Both the position numbers and the translations under genes were made by a program. Below are positions 1 to 11,278 of a stretch of DNA of 64,000 bases, piece by piece. The notes beneath the pieces are model-generated. The model ran no database searches, was not told the origin of the DNA, and saw nothing but the letters and a program-made list of their open reading frames with translations. Positions within the stretch are counted from its first letter, which is position 1. Each line of letters begins with the position of its first letter. The stretch is from Candidatus Zhuqueibacterota bacterium (lineage in GTDB: Bacteria > Zhuqueibacterota > Zhuqueibacteria > Thermofontimicrobiales > Thermofontimicrobiaceae): contig JBMOPW010000014.1 of assembly GCA_049322915.1 (NCBI GenBank), positions 32,001 through 96,000 of the forward strand. The letters run 5' to 3'.

Positions 1-1
1 A

Positions 2-3000
2 ACAGGAACATCCAATGACTTTAACGTGAATGCGGCTGCTTTGAACCGCTTTGCGATTGAGACAATCACCACCCAGGCTGCCGGAGAGCCCTTCACCATC
101 AGGTTGACGGCTCAGGACGCATTCCTTAATACTACGACGCAGTTCTCCGGCAAGGTGAACATCTCGGATGGGACAGGCACAGTGAGCCCCACAGCGAGCG
201 GCAATTTCGAGGAAGGGCGCTGGAGCGGAAATGTCGTCGTCTCCCAGGCATTTGTGAATAATACGATTTCTGTTGTGAACCAGAGCGGAAGCCAGAACGG
301 AATATCCAATTATTTCGATGTGATTTCCAGTTCTGTGGATCGGTTTGTCTTTAACACAATCAGCCAGCAGGTCGCCGGGGCCTCCTTCATCGTTTCAATT
401 CAGGCATTGGATGCTGCCGGCAATGTTGTGACAAATTTCAACGGGACGGCGTCTCTATCCGATTTGACCGGGACAATCAGCCCAACGACGACGGCGAATT
501 TCTCTTCCGGCGTGTGGAGCGGCAGCGTGACTATCACAAAGAGCAGAACCGCAAATCAAATCACCGTGACAAGCAGTGGCAAAGCCGGAAATTCCAACAA
601 CTTTGATGTGATACCTGCGAGCCTTCATCATTTCACCATTGAAAACATACCCAGTCCGCAGGGGGCCGGAACGGCATTTCAGATCACCGTGTACGCGATG
701 GATAGTTACGAAAACAGGGTGACGTCATTCAATACAAACGCATCTCTTTCGGATGGAACCGGGACGATCAGCCCAACGGTGACAGGCAATTTCTCCAGCG
801 GTCGATGGATTGGAAACGTGACGATAACCAGGAGCCAGACCGATGTTACGATTACCGTCACGAGAGATACGAAAACCGGAGTGTCCAATATTTTTAACGT
901 GTCGCCCGGCGCGTTGTCGCTGTTTCAAATCAGCAACATCAGTACCCAGGCAGCCGGAGAGCCTTTCTATATTACTGTCACGGCGCTTGATGCGAATTCC
1001 AATGTGGCCACTCATTTTTCCGGGACAGTGAACATTTCTGACCTGACAGGAACAGTTGCGCCGACCGTGAGCAATAATTTCGATGAGGGAAAATGGTCAG
1101 GTAATGTCACCATCAGTCAGGTAAGGACTGGCAACAGAATAACCGTGGTTAATTCCGGCGGCTCCCAGAGTGGACAGTCCAACACCTTTGATGTCATTTC
1201 CAGCGATGTTGATCAATTTCTAATTTCGACAATTACGAGCCCAAAAACCGCCGGGGTGCCTTTCGAAATCACGATCACAGCAGTTGATGCAGATAATAAC
1301 GTGGTGACCAGTTTTACAGGGACGGCTTCCCTGGCTGATCAGTCCGGCACAATTTTTCCAACCACAACAACGAATTTCTCGCAAGGGAGATGGACAGGGA
1401 ACATCACCCTGACAAAGTATTGGAACAACAACAATATCACCGTCACCAGCAGCGGCAAGGCCGGCATTTCCAACAACTTCACGGTTTTATACAATGCGCT
1501 GGATCATTATGAATTCGACACGATCACAAGTCCCCAGACTGCCGGAACGCCGTTCACGATAAAAATTACCGCAAAAGATTTTTATAATAATATCGTTTAC
1601 AATCATTCCACGCCGGTCACGCTGTCCGATAATTCCAATACGATCACTCCGACAGTTTCCGGAAATTTCAGCTCCGGCTCATGGAGTGGCGCGGTGACAT
1701 TGACCAAGCGACAGAATGATGTTCAAATCACGGCGACTGGCAGCGGGAAGACGAATCAATCCAACAAGTTCAATGTCAATTCAGCCGTGCTTCATCATTT
1801 TGTGCTGGATACCGTGACGACCCAGGCCGCTGGAGAACCGTTCCAGTTGACAGTGACCGCGATGGATAGCTATGCCAACATCGTCTCTACATTTGCCGGC
1901 ACCGTGGATATCTCGGATTTGACCGGTACGATCTCGCCGCAGCGGAGCGGTAGTTTTCTTTCAGGCAAATGGACCGGGAATGTCACGATCACGCTTGTGA
2001 GAATCAGCGACCGGATCACGGTCGTGCGCACAGGCGGCGCCGAATCCGGCAATTCAACCTATTTCGACGTCGTTTCCAGTGACGTGAGCGAATTCACGTT
2101 TGATGCAATCACCAGCCCGAAGACCGCTGGCCAGCCATTCACCGTTAGAATCACTGCCCGGGACGATGATAACAACGTGGTGAATACGTTCAATGGCTTG
2201 CTGACGTTGAACGATTTAACCGGGACTATTACACCCAAAACGACCGGCGCCTTCACCAATGGTATATGGAGCGGAGACGTAAAAATTACAAAGTCCTACA
2301 CGAACGATAAAATTGTCGCCACCGGGCTTGGCAAGTCCGGCGAATCGAACCTGTTCACGATGAATCCCGGCAGCCTTGATCATTTCATTTTCCAGAACAT
2401 AACCAGTCCTCAGCGCGCCGGCCAGAGTTTCGAAATAACGGTTATTGCTAAAGATTCTATGGAAAACACGGTGACCAATTTCGCCTATACTGCGAATCTG
2501 AGCGATAATACCGGGACCATTTCTCCCACGACCACAACCAACTTCACCAATGGGGCCTGGTCCGATTTTGTGCGAATCACAAAAAAACAAAATGATGTGT
2601 TCATCACGGCATCCCGCCTGAATGAAACAGGGACTTCGAACCTGTTCAATGTGAACGCCGGCAACCTCGCCTCGTTGAAAGTGATGGATGCCGCCGGAGG
2701 CAAGGGACAGGAAATTGGGGATAAAACCATTACCCTCGATGATAAAATCAGCATGTACGCCGCCGGTTTTGATAGCTTTGGAAATTACAGCCGGGATGTC
2801 TTCGCAAACTGGACAGCCTCCGGAACGCTCGACGCGCCGACGCCTGCTCAGGGTACCCACACGGTATTTGATCCGGTAGCGCCAGGTACTGCCGGTAAAA
2901 TTCGTGCGGACAGCACCGGACTACTTGCCGATTCGACCGGCAATATCTCGGTTGGCAGCATTGCCTATGTGAAAATTCGGACAGCGCCCAATGGCGTTGG

Positions 3001-6000
3001 CATCGAATTGGGCAATACGACGATTACAGCGGACGAAAACCTTGCGCTGTACTGCGCCGGTTACGATGCCGGCAACAATTATGTCGGAGACATGAGCGTC
3101 CAATGGTCTTCCAAGGGAACGTTAGTCCCGGCAGTTTTCGATACCGGCTCTGTGATAAATTTCATGCCGTCGAAAGCGCCGGCATCCGGTAAAATATATG
3201 CAGTTCATCCCACGGCAGCCGATGATTCCACTGGCACTATAGTGGTCAACCCCGGCGTACCGGTGGGAATCATCGTATTGACGCCAACGCCGGCAGTCAT
3301 TCCAGCTACCGGTACCAGCAGTTCGGTTGTGGTCTCGGATATCATTCGGGACGCTGAATTGAATGTCATTGCAAAAAATACGCAGTTCACGGTGACAGCC
3401 ACCCTGGGAACCCTCACAACGACCGATGTAAATCCCTTGTTGCCCAATATTCAGATAGCGGCCAATGATTCGGGAAAAATTCAGTTCACCCTTCAATCCA
3501 CAACTGCCGGCGGGACTGCCTATATCAGCGTGAGCAGCGTGAATGGCAGCGCGACCGGGAATACCACGGTGATGCTGAGTAATTTGAACATTGTCTCTGT
3601 CACCAGCACGTCTTTTTCTGTCTCCCAGGGACAAACGAGTGTGCCCGTCGATTTGGTTGTCGAGAATCTGAGCGCCAGCACAATTTCCAATTTGGCGTCG
3701 GGGTTGGTGTTCACGGGACCAGCGCCGCTATTCGAGAATCGCAACGCCGATTTCCCCAGCGTGATTCGAACCGATGGCATTACGTCCATTCCAAGCGGAG
3801 GAATTCGGACGCTGAAATTTCTCGTCACTGTCAGCGCAAATGCACGAACAGACTCTGTCACCATCGATGGCTGGATTTCCGGATTGATCAACAGCGTGGC
3901 CGTCAACGATACATTTGCACTGGCTCCGTGGAAATGGGTAGTGCAAACGCCACCCATTTTGAAGATTACCAGAATTTCCTCTCTGCTGACGGAAGTGAGC
4001 CAGGGCCGGACAGGTGTGAATGTCTCGATGACGGTGCTGAATCAGGGACAGGCAACGGCCAATGTCACGCTGGATACGTTGAGTTTCTGGTCCGTGAATT
4101 TATCAAAAAGCGTCACCGGGGAGTATCAAATTATTCCATCCATGACCAATCCCCAGACGATTCCAGGGACGAATGGGCGGGCGAAATTTGATTTCACTGT
4201 GAATATTGGCTCGGCAGCGACGCTGGGACAGGTGATTGTCAATGGCGAAATTCGCGGGACAGATGCCAACAGCGGCGCGCTGAAGACAGACAATTCGGCG
4301 GATACCACCCACGCGTGGGTGGTTCAAAATGCGCCGATTGTGGGCATCACTGGTTTTTATCCATCTCAACTGCAGGTGACTAAATCGCAGACTGTGCCGT
4401 GGTCGCTGACGATGATCGTTGCCAATAACGGCGGCACCGCAGTGAGACTGGACAGCGCCCGAACGTCGTTTCTGTTGGGCGGGACAGATGTTTCCGCAGA
4501 GTATACCGTCAGCAATCCCATTCGATTCGTGAAATCCGGGACAAATCTACTCGCTGGCGGGACAGTCGATACCCTGAAATACATCGTCACAAAAACCGGC
4601 GCCAGCGTTGGTCAGTTGACAATTCGGGGGATGATGTACCTCAGAGACATGGGAACTGGCAATCCGATCTCCGATGAAACCTACAGCGGTGTTTTGGTGC
4701 AGGAGCCGGCGCAGTTGAGAATTGTCACTATTTTACCCTCACAAACCAGCGTCACGCGAAACCAGGGGCAGGACTGGTTTGTGCGAGTCGTGCTGAATAA
4801 CGAAGGCGGTTCGGAAATTAGCATCGATACAAATGTCGCCAATACTTTTATCAGATTTAGCACCGGCAATGACTTTGTGATCAGGCAGCCTGATTCGTTG
4901 AGCAATGGTGGACTGTCCCTCGAAGCCGGAACTGTGGATACGCTCGTATTTACAATCGACGGCGCCGGCACGACTCCGGGGAATTGCATCATCTCGTCCC
5001 AGGTATGGGGATGGCAAACGACCAGCGGCGATTCAACGATTGCGACATTCACTCGCACTGCACCAATTCTGGTTCAGGAGCCGGCAAAGCTGCGCATTCT
5101 ATCGGTCGTGAGCAAAGCCCCCAATTTTCCAAATGTGAACAAAGCCCAGGTTTTCCCGGTTCATGTCACGCTGGAAAATAACGGCGATGATGAAGTCGCC
5201 AACGCGTACGCAAAACTGACATCCAGCGGCAATTCGATCGGGGATTCACTATCGCTTCATTTCCAGAATATCCCCGGCAATGGCGGAAAGAAAGAGCAAA
5301 TCCTGAGTATCAAGGCAGATAGCCTGGCAACGCAGCCGGAACTATTCCAGGTGGCCATCTCCCGCGCCTTTGCCCAGAATACCAACGAGCCGGCCGGCAT
5401 CACGCGCGAGTTGGCAGTTGATTCGACGGAGACCGTGATCATTCAAAATCCGGCGAGATTTCAGATCACGAAAACAGTGATGCCTGATTCAATTCTGGCG
5501 TCCCAGGTTGCATCTTGGAAAATAAAGCTGGTGGTGGCAAATAGTGGACAGGCGGGGACAGTACTGGAGATGCCTGGCGCGGATGATATTACGATCAAAG
5601 TGAATGATGTAATTCAGAGGGATTATTTCATTGAGCCGCCGACAGCCCTTCAGGGCGGCGGTCTGGAGTTGGCTGGCGGCAGCACGGACACGTTGATTTA
5701 TACCGTCTCCATCACCGGCAAGGAAGCCGGAAGCGCTGCGATGGAGGCGATTGTTCAATCCAATGATAAAAATGACCAGCATGTGCTCATCGCTCCGGGG
5801 AGATACGATTTTACAATTCGATCCTCGGCTGCGGTGCAGCTTTTCAAGACCGAGGCGATTTGCTTCAACTATGACGGAGAAAAAGGGCTGGTGAACCGGG
5901 GACAGGTTTTTCCCATTCGCGTGTCTGTGCAGAATCTGGGACGAAAATCGGTCCGCGATGTGATTGTCCAATTGACGACCAGCGGTAATTCGCACCTTGC

Positions 6001-8845
6001 GTCGAATCAATTGACGATCGACTCGATCAACTATAATGAAATTAAATATGCAGATTTTCAGATTACAGCCGACTCGGCGGCGGTCAATCTGAATGAATTA
6101 TTCACATCAGAGGTGCTTTCGGCCATCGAATACGACACAGGATTCCCTGCTGTCATAGACAACAGCGGTGATAGCCGGGCGCGCATTGCGATACATGATT
6201 CTGCCAGGCTTCAGATGAGCGCCTGGACGGAGACAGGGGATTCGGTCTACACAATCAGCCAGCAATTCACAGTGAATGTACAGGTGGCCAATCTGGGTGA
6301 ATTGCCCGCAGGTGTCGATGAATCCGGGCTGATTGGACTGTTCGTTCCTGAGAGTTATCGGATCATTGTCGGAGAAGATACTCTTGAAAATAATCATGTC
6401 CTCTCGTTTTTGCCGGGCGAAATACAGCAGTTCTCAATCCTGACGCCGGAGGTGGCGTCCGGACCTGACTCGCTGTTTGTTTCCCTTTTAAATACTCCCC
6501 GTGATAAAAACATCAACCAGCGGGCGCAAGTGGCGCGCGGGCAGGATACCATCCTGGTTCGAACCGAAGCATCGAATATATTGTACTCCACCTCAGTCGT
6601 GGCGCCGGACGGTGCATTGGACAAAATCGTTTCCACGCATCAATTGTTCAGAATTCAATCATCCATTCGGTTCTCAGGCAACCTGACGAATGTGGAGGCG
6701 ATTCTGAAATTGCCGGATGATATTGGCCAGCCGCAATACAGTTTTCAATTTCACAGCGGGCTCAGGGATACTGTTAAAGACATCGCGTCCCACCAGCCGG
6801 TACTGTGGGACATTGTTGCGCCGGACGCGCGCGATGAGCAATTCCGAAATTTTGAAGTGACAATCAGCGCAACGGAGAAGGGCAATCCGGTTCGGTTGTT
6901 ATTTCGGGATTCGGTGAATGTGAAAGCGGTGAATCGGGCGCGACTCAATTTGAATGCTGAAATTACATCCCCGGAAGGCGCCCGCGAGGGACGCCTGACG
7001 GTGGGGCAGAATTTTGAAATTAAGGCTACGGTTAGCAACATGGGGGATGCGGCGACTTTCGGTCAGGGCTTCCTGAAAATGAATTTGGGCTCTGCCGGAT
7101 TTGACTTTGCCGACACTTCAGAAACACACGTGAAACCGTTTGCCATTGATACAGCCGTGGTCTGGAATTTGAAAGCGCCGGCCGAGGTGACATCGCTCTC
7201 GTACATCACGGTTGTTTATGAAGACAAGCCGAACGATGAAAATACTGGCATGGATGCATGGACCAATGAAAAAGATGCCGCTTCGATCAGCGTGGAAACC
7301 GTGGAAGCGGGCGATCTGAGTCTGGAGATTTTCATCCAGGGACCTGAGGGCGCAAAGGACAGCGTTCTCTCCAGCTATCAGGAATTTGTCATCGGCGCGA
7401 CCGTGACTTCCGATGGTGTGAAAGACATCAAAGCGAATATGCAATTGCCGAACACATTCCTGTTTGCAACGGATGTCAAGCCAACCCAATCTGTGGAACA
7501 GGGCGAAACAATTCAATGGCGCGTTATTGCAGCGCCCGATTCGATGTCCCATGCCACGCTCAAGGTCACCTGCTGGGGCGATGATGAAAATGATGCGACG
7601 ATCCGCGTGGACGCCGCGCCGGTACAGATTGCCTTCAAGGTGGTGCGCCGATTTGAAGCTGTCGTCGACGCCAGAATCATTTCTCCACCGGAGGCGACTG
7701 ATAATGCCGTATCAGTAAATCAGGAATTCTTCATTCAGGCAGCGCTGCAGAATATCGGACAGGCCCCGGCAGTCGGGACTTGCACCTTCGAATTGTCGCT
7801 GCCGGAAGGCTACGTCGCCCTGAATCCTTTGGCTCAAACAGTTCAACCCACTGAAAACGTATTGTGGAAAGTGAAAGCCCCGGCAACGGCGCTGCTTGCA
7901 AAATCCATCGAGGTGAGAGTGCCGCCAAACCAGGGACCGGAAGACAACAACGCCGGAAAAGAAATTCATTTCTGGCTTGAAAAACGCGGCGACAATATTT
8001 CGATTATCACCAATCAGAAGACCGTTGTCGTGTCCAAACTGCCGAACCGTACTCCGAACGCGATCGTCAAAGGACAGCGAAATGTATCCATGCTGGGCCT
8101 GAGGATATTCAATCGCAGGGAGGATGAATATTCCAATAAGATTGTGTTGACCGGTCTTGAAGTGCGTTTGAAAAATAGACTGGGACAACCGATTGATCAG
8201 CCAGGCCATGCTCTATCCAGAATCGCGGTGACCAGCTACAGTGATGCGGGCAAGGTGTATGGCAGCGTCACTGATTTCGCTGCCAGTAGCCTCATCCCAA
8301 TTTATCTGGCCCTGCCGGATACAATTTATCCGGATGAGGCGGATTCTATCGACCTGGTCATTGATATCGCCCAGTCGGCGAGCGCCACAGATATAATGCT
8401 CAGCCTGGAAGCAGATTCGTCCATTTTAATTCTTGAGGCCAACACCCTGAATCAGCCGCAACTGACGGATTTGAGCGGGCAGACCGGCGCTGCGCTGGAA
8501 TTGGAGTCGGATTTCGCCGTCGTGCTTGGAGATAATTTGAAACAAACCTTCATGAATTATCCGAATCCGTTCGGAAGCCCGGATAGAAAGACCACGACCA
8601 TCACGTATTATCTGAAGGAAGACACCGATGTCGATATCAAGATCTACACACTGATTGGGGAACTGGTGTGGTCGCGATCATACAGGGCCGGCGAGAGGCA
8701 GGCTCGACAGGGAATTCATGACGGCGATGTGATCTGGGACGGGACGAATGACAGAGGCTACAAAGTATTGAATGGCGTGTATGTTATCTATTTCAAATCA
8801 GCGAAGGGCGAAACAGCAATGACAAAGGCGGCTGTTATAAAATAG
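2..8845 (+). CDS. Giant secreted/surface Ig-like repeat protein (>2940 aa, 5'-truncated by the window edge) with C-terminal FlgD-Ig/T9SS-type sorting domain
   Basis: Frame is open from position 2 (TGTSNDFNVNAA...). Nine ~97-aa S/T-rich repeats (F..G.WSG.VTIT) are followed by CARDB/Ig-like modules. C-terminus NYPNPF...IKIYTLIGELV...WDGTNDRGYKVLNGVY. Confidence 0.85.
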   Translation, partial: TGTSNDFNVNAAALNRFAIETITTQAAGEPFTIRLTAQDAFLNTTTQFSGKVNISDGTGTVSPTASGNFEEGRWSGNVVVSQAFVNNTISVVNQSGSQNGISNYFDVISSSVDRFVFNTISQQVAGASFIVSIQALDAAGNVVTNFNGTASLSDLTGTISPTTTANFSSGVWSGSVTITKSRTANQITVTSSGKAGNSNNFDVIPASLHHFTIENIPSPQGAGTAFQITVYAMDSYENRVTSFNTNASLSDGTGTISPTVTGNFSSGRWIGNVTITRSQTDVTITVTRDTKTGVSNIFNVSPGALSLFQISNISTQAAGEPFYITVTALDANSNVATHFSGTVNISDLTGTVAPTVSNNFDEGKWSGNVTISQVRTGNRITVVNSGGSQSGQSNTFDVISSDVDQFLISTITSPKTAGVPFEITITAVDADNNVVTSFTGTASLADQSGTIFPTTTTNFSQGRWTGNITLTKYWNNNNITVTSSGKAGISNNFTVLYNALDHYEFDTITSPQTAGTPFTIKITAKDFYNNIVYNHSTPVTLSDNSNTITPTVSGNFSSGSWSGAVTLTKRQNDVQITATGSGKTNQSNKFNVNSAVLHHFVLDTVTTQAAGEPFQLTVTAMDSYANIVSTFAGTVDISDLTGTISPQRSGSFLSGKWTGNVTITLVRISDRITVVRTGGAESGNSTYFDVVSSDVSEFTFDAITSPKTAGQPFTVRITARDDDNNVVNTFNGLLTLNDLTGTITPKTTGAFTNGIWSGDVKITKSYTNDKIVATGLGKSGESNLFTMNPGSLDHFIFQNITSPQRAGQSFEITVIAKDSMENTVTNFAYTANLSDNTGTISPTTTTNFTNGAWSDFVRITKKQNDVFITASRLNETGTSNLFNVNAGNLASLKVMDAAGGKGQEIGDKTITLDDKISMYAAGFDSFGNYSRDVFANWTASGTLDAPTPAQGTHTVFDPVAPGTAGKIRADSTGLLADSTGNISVGSIAYVKIRTAPNGVGIELGNTTITADENLALYCAGYDAGNNYVGDMSVQWSSKGTLVPAVFDTGSVINFMPSKAPASGKIYAVHPTAADDSTGTIVVNPGVPVGIIVLTPTPAVIPATGTSSSVVVSDIIRDAELNVIAKNTQFTVTATLGTLTTTDVNPLLPNIQIAANDSGKIQFTLQSTTAGGTAYISVSSVNGSATGNTTVMLSNLNIVSVTSTSFSVSQGQTSVPVDLVVENLSASTISNLASGLVFTGPAPLFENRNADFPSVIRTDGITSIPSGGIRTLKFLVTVSANARTDSVTIDGWISGLINSVAVNDTFALAPWKWVVQTPPILKITRISSLLTEVSQGRTGVNVSMTVLNQGQATANVTLDTLSFWSVNLSKSVTGEYQIIPSMTNPQTIPGTNGRAKFDFTVNIGSAATLGQVIVNGEIRGTDANSGALKTDNSADTTHAWVVQNAPIVGITGFYPSQLQVTKSQTVPWSLTMIVANNGGTAVRLDSARTSFLLGGTDVSAEYTVSNPIRFVKSGTNLLAGGTVDTLKYIVTKTGASVGQLTIRGMMYLRDMGTGNPISDETYSGVLVQEPAQLRIVTILPSQTSVTRNQGQDWFVRVVLNNEGGSEISIDTNVANTFIRFSTGNDFVIRQPDSLSNGGLSLEAGTVDTLVFTIDGAGTTPGNCIISSQVWGWQTTSGDSTIATFTRTAPILVQEPAKLRILSVVSKAPNFPNVNKAQVFPVHVTLENNGDDEVANAYAKLTSSGNSIGDSLSLHFQNIPGNGGKKEQILSIKADSLATQPELFQVAISRAFAQNTNEPAGITRELAVDSTETVIIQNPARFQITKTVMPDSILASQVASWKIKLVVANSGQAGTVLEMPGADDITIKVNDVIQRDYFIEPPTALQGGGLELAGGSTDTLIYTVSITGKEAGSAAMEAIVQSNDKNDQHVLIAPGRYDFTIRSSAAVQLFKTEAICFNYDGEKGLVNRGQVFPIRVSVQNLGRKSVRDVIVQLTTSGNSHLASNQLTIDSINYNEIKYADFQITADSAAVNLNELFTSEVLSAIEYDTGFPAVIDNSGDSRARIAIHDSARLQMSAWTETGDSVYTISQQFTVNVQVANLGELPAGVDESGLIGLFVPESYRIIVGEDTLENNHVLSFLPGEIQQFSILTPEVASGPDSLFVSLLNTPRDKNINQRAQVARGQDTILVRTEASNILYSTSVVAPDGALDKIVSTHQLFRIQSSIRFSGNLTNVEAILKLPDDIGQPQYSFQFHSGLRDTVKDIASHQPVLWDIVAPDARDEQFRNFEVTISATEKGNPVRLLFRDSVNVKAVNRARLNLNAEITSPEGAREGRLTVGQNFEIKATVSNMGDAATFGQGFLKMNLGSAGFDFADTSETHVKPFAIDTAVVWNLKAPAEVTSLSYITVVYEDKPNDENTGMDAWTNEKDAASISVETVEAGDLSLEIFIQGPEGAKDSVLSSYQEFVIGATVTSDGVKDIKANMQLPNTFLFATDVKPTQSVEQGETIQWRVIAAPDSMSHATLKVTCWGDDENDATIRVDAAPVQIAFKVVRRFEAVVDARIISPPEATDNAVSVNQEFFIQAALQNIGQAPAVGTCTFELSLPEGYVALNPLAQTVQPTENVLWKVKAPATALLAKSIEVRVPPNQGPEDNNAGKEIHFWLEKRGDNISIITNQKTVVVSKLPNRTPNAIVKGQRNVSMLGLRIFNRREDEYSNKIVLTGLEVRLKNRLGQPIDQPGHALSRIAVTSYSDAGKVYGSVTDFAASSLIPIYLALPDTIYPDEADSIDLVIDIAQSASATDIMLSLEADSSILILEANTLNQPQLTDLSGQTGAALELESDFAVVLGDNLKQTFMNYPNPFGSPDRKTTTITYYLKEDTDVDIKIYTLIGELVWSRSYRAGERQARQGIHDGDVIWDGTNDRGYKVLNGVYVIYFKSAKGETAMTKAAVIK

Positions 8846-8966
8846 TCAGAAGCGACAATGCCGGTGATTTTCAGCGCATAAAGCGGGGCTTCACTTGTTG
8901 GAGCGATGGCCTGATAGAACCTGTCATTGTTATTTATGGACTGAAATAGGCTCTGCGCCGAATCAT

Positions 8967-9003
8967 GAAAAGACTCAACATAACAATGTTGGGTCTTTTC
9001 TCG
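8967..9003 (+). terminator. Intrinsic terminator hairpin after the giant protein gene
   Basis: GAAAAGACTCAACAT-aaca-ATGTTGGGTCTTTTC, a 15-bp stem with one G-U pair ending in a T-rich stretch. Confidence 0.7.
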
Positions 9004-9145
9004 TTAATCCCTCAATGGATGAGAAATGAAGTGGAATAAATTCTAATTTTCTGTGAAGAAAATAAAACATCTGAGTAAAAAGAAACTTACTGATTTTATT
9101 CAGGGTATAATATCAAAACAATAATTATCAATCTGACTGACTCTT

Positions 9146-11278
9146 ATGACTTTTCTCAATAGCGCCATTCTCTTCGGCCTGCTTGCTGGGGCAATTCCAA
9201 TCATCATTCACCTCATCACCCGACAGAAGGCGAAAAAGATACCGTTCAGCAGTTTGAAATTTCTGCTGGAACTCAAAAATCAGCAGATTAAAAAATTGAA
9301 GCTACGACAAATACTCCTGCTGATACTGCGGACGTTGATTGTGCTTTTACTGGTGCTTGCCTTTGCACGACCCACGGTGCAGGGAAATTTCTCGTTGTCC
9401 CGGCATGCATCCGCCAAAACTTCCTCCGTCATCATTCTGGATAATAGCCTCAGTATGGGAATTGAATCCAACGGTCAGTTGCTATTGGAACAGGCGAAAC
9501 AGCGAATATTGGAATTGCGCGATTCGTTCAGGAATGGCGATGAAATTTTCGGACTGCTTGCGGTGAACGGTGCGCCAGAAATTTTTGAAGGCCCCCGCTA
9601 TAATTTTGACATGGCAGCGCGGCTCATCAGCAAGGTCAGAGTGAGCTATAAAACGACGGACATTGTGAGCGCGATCGCCCGGGCGAAAGAGATTCTATCG
9701 ACAGTCAGGGATATTAATAAAGAAATTTACCTGGTGACGGATTTGCAGCGGGTTGGATTTGAATCGGGCAAGGAAATGGCTTCAGCGCTGTTCGAAGATA
9801 ACTCCATCAAACTTTTTATTATTCCCGTTCGCGGCGACAATGTCAATAATCTGGTCATTGAAGATGTGAAGCCGGAGGATCAGATTATCGAGAAGGGAAA
9901 TGTCTTCGAACTTGAAGCGCACATTCGGAACGCTGGCGAGAATGCCGAACGGAATCGGCTTGTTCAGATTTTCATTGCCGGAAAAAGATCGGGCCAGGCA
10001 ACGGTGACTGTTCAGCCCGGCGAGAGTCGCACGGTAAAATTCAGGGTGATTCCGCAACAAGTCGGACTCATCACCGGCTCGATATTGATTGAAGATGACG
10101 ATCTGTTACTGGACAATCGCCGCTTTTTCACGTTCTATGTTCCGGCGGAAAGCAATGTGCTGCTGGTGAGCCGGAATGAGCAGGATGCCTATTACCTGGG
10201 TCTGGCGCTGAATCCGGGCTCGCTCAATTCTTCGGTGATCCGAGTGGAAACGCTTCGGCCGGATCAGATTGAATTCGGTACGCTGAATAAATTCCAGGTA
10301 GTGGTTTTGGCAAACGTCCCCCGAATTGAGAATGCACTGCTTTCGTCTCTCAAAAATTACGTCGATAACGGCGGCGGTCTCATCCTTTTCCTGGGCGATG
10401 AAGTCGATTTGAAAAATTACAATGCAACCCTTCACGAGCAGCTATCGCTCCCTCTGTTTTCGGAGACCATCGGAGAACGGGGCAATACCCGCGACTATTT
10501 GACACTTGGAAAAATTGATTTCAGCCATCCCATTTTCGCCGGGGTTTTTGAAAATTCCCGTCATGAAATCGATTCGCCATCGTTTTATTTTCTGGCCAGG
10601 TCGAACACGCAATCGAATCACGACCGAATCATCGATTTTTCCAATGGCGAACCGCTCCTGGTTGAAACGCAATCCGGCGCAGGGCGCATTTTACTATTCA
10701 CAACGTCGGTCGACCCGGACTGGTCAGACCTCTATCTCAAAGGGATGTTTGTCCCAGTCTTGAATCGATGCGTGGCGTATTTGACCGGGCATGCGAGCAA
10801 GTCCCAGCAGAATTATTTGGTGGATGAAAAGGTGGCTCTGACGGTCGATGGTGTTGAGGATATTTCGCGGTTTCAGATAAAAAAACCGGATGCCTCGTTC
10901 ATCAAAGTGATGCCGCAAATCGGCGATGGAAATTATAGGATTGTATTTGAAGAAACCGATATTGCCGGGATTTACTCGCTGATTTCCGGAGAAGAAACCG
11001 TCACAGAATGGGCTGTCAATTCGAATGCGGCGGAATCAGATATCACTCCTGTGGAAACAGATGAGCTTCTCCGCATTGTCGGAGGTGCAAAGCCATTCAT
11101 GATCGAAAAGGATGCTTCATTGGCTGGAATCATTACTGCCTCGCGCTTCGGGAAGGAATTGTGGAAGTATCTCGTTGGATTGATTTTGATTCTGATGATC
11201 CTGGAAATGCTGATTGCGCGGGAGCGAGGCGTTACATCATCTGAAAGTAATGTGGAGCGATTTGAAAGAACAAGATAA
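9146..11278 (+). CDS. BatA (aerotolerance N-terminal)/vWA domain membrane protein with CARDB-like and GATase-like segments
   Basis: N-terminus MTFLN...PIIIHL...FSSLKFL...LLLILR...LAFARP; vWA motifs LDNSLSM and TD; C-terminal ELWKYL transmembrane helix. Confidence 0.85.
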   Translation: MTFLNSAILFGLLAGAIPIIIHLITRQKAKKIPFSSLKFLLELKNQQIKKLKLRQILLLILRTLIVLLLVLAFARPTVQGNFSLSRHASAKTSSVIILDNSLSMGIESNGQLLLEQAKQRILELRDSFRNGDEIFGLLAVNGAPEIFEGPRYNFDMAARLISKVRVSYKTTDIVSAIARAKEILSTVRDINKEIYLVTDLQRVGFESGKEMASALFEDNSIKLFIIPVRGDNVNNLVIEDVKPEDQIIEKGNVFELEAHIRNAGENAERNRLVQIFIAGKRSGQATVTVQPGESRTVKFRVIPQQVGLITGSILIEDDDLLLDNRRFFTFYVPAESNVLLVSRNEQDAYYLGLALNPGSLNSSVIRVETLRPDQIEFGTLNKFQVVVLANVPRIENALLSSLKNYVDNGGGLILFLGDEVDLKNYNATLHEQLSLPLFSETIGERGNTRDYLTLGKIDFSHPIFAGVFENSRHEIDSPSFYFLARSNTQSNHDRIIDFSNGEPLLVETQSGAGRILLFTTSVDPDWSDLYLKGMFVPVLNRCVAYLTGHASKSQQNYLVDEKVALTVDGVEDISRFQIKKPDASFIKVMPQIGDGNYRIVFEETDIAGIYSLISGEETVTEWAVNSNAAESDITPVETDELLRIVGGAKPFMIEKDASLAGIITASRFGKELWKYLVGLILILMILEMLIARERGVTSSESNVERFERTR

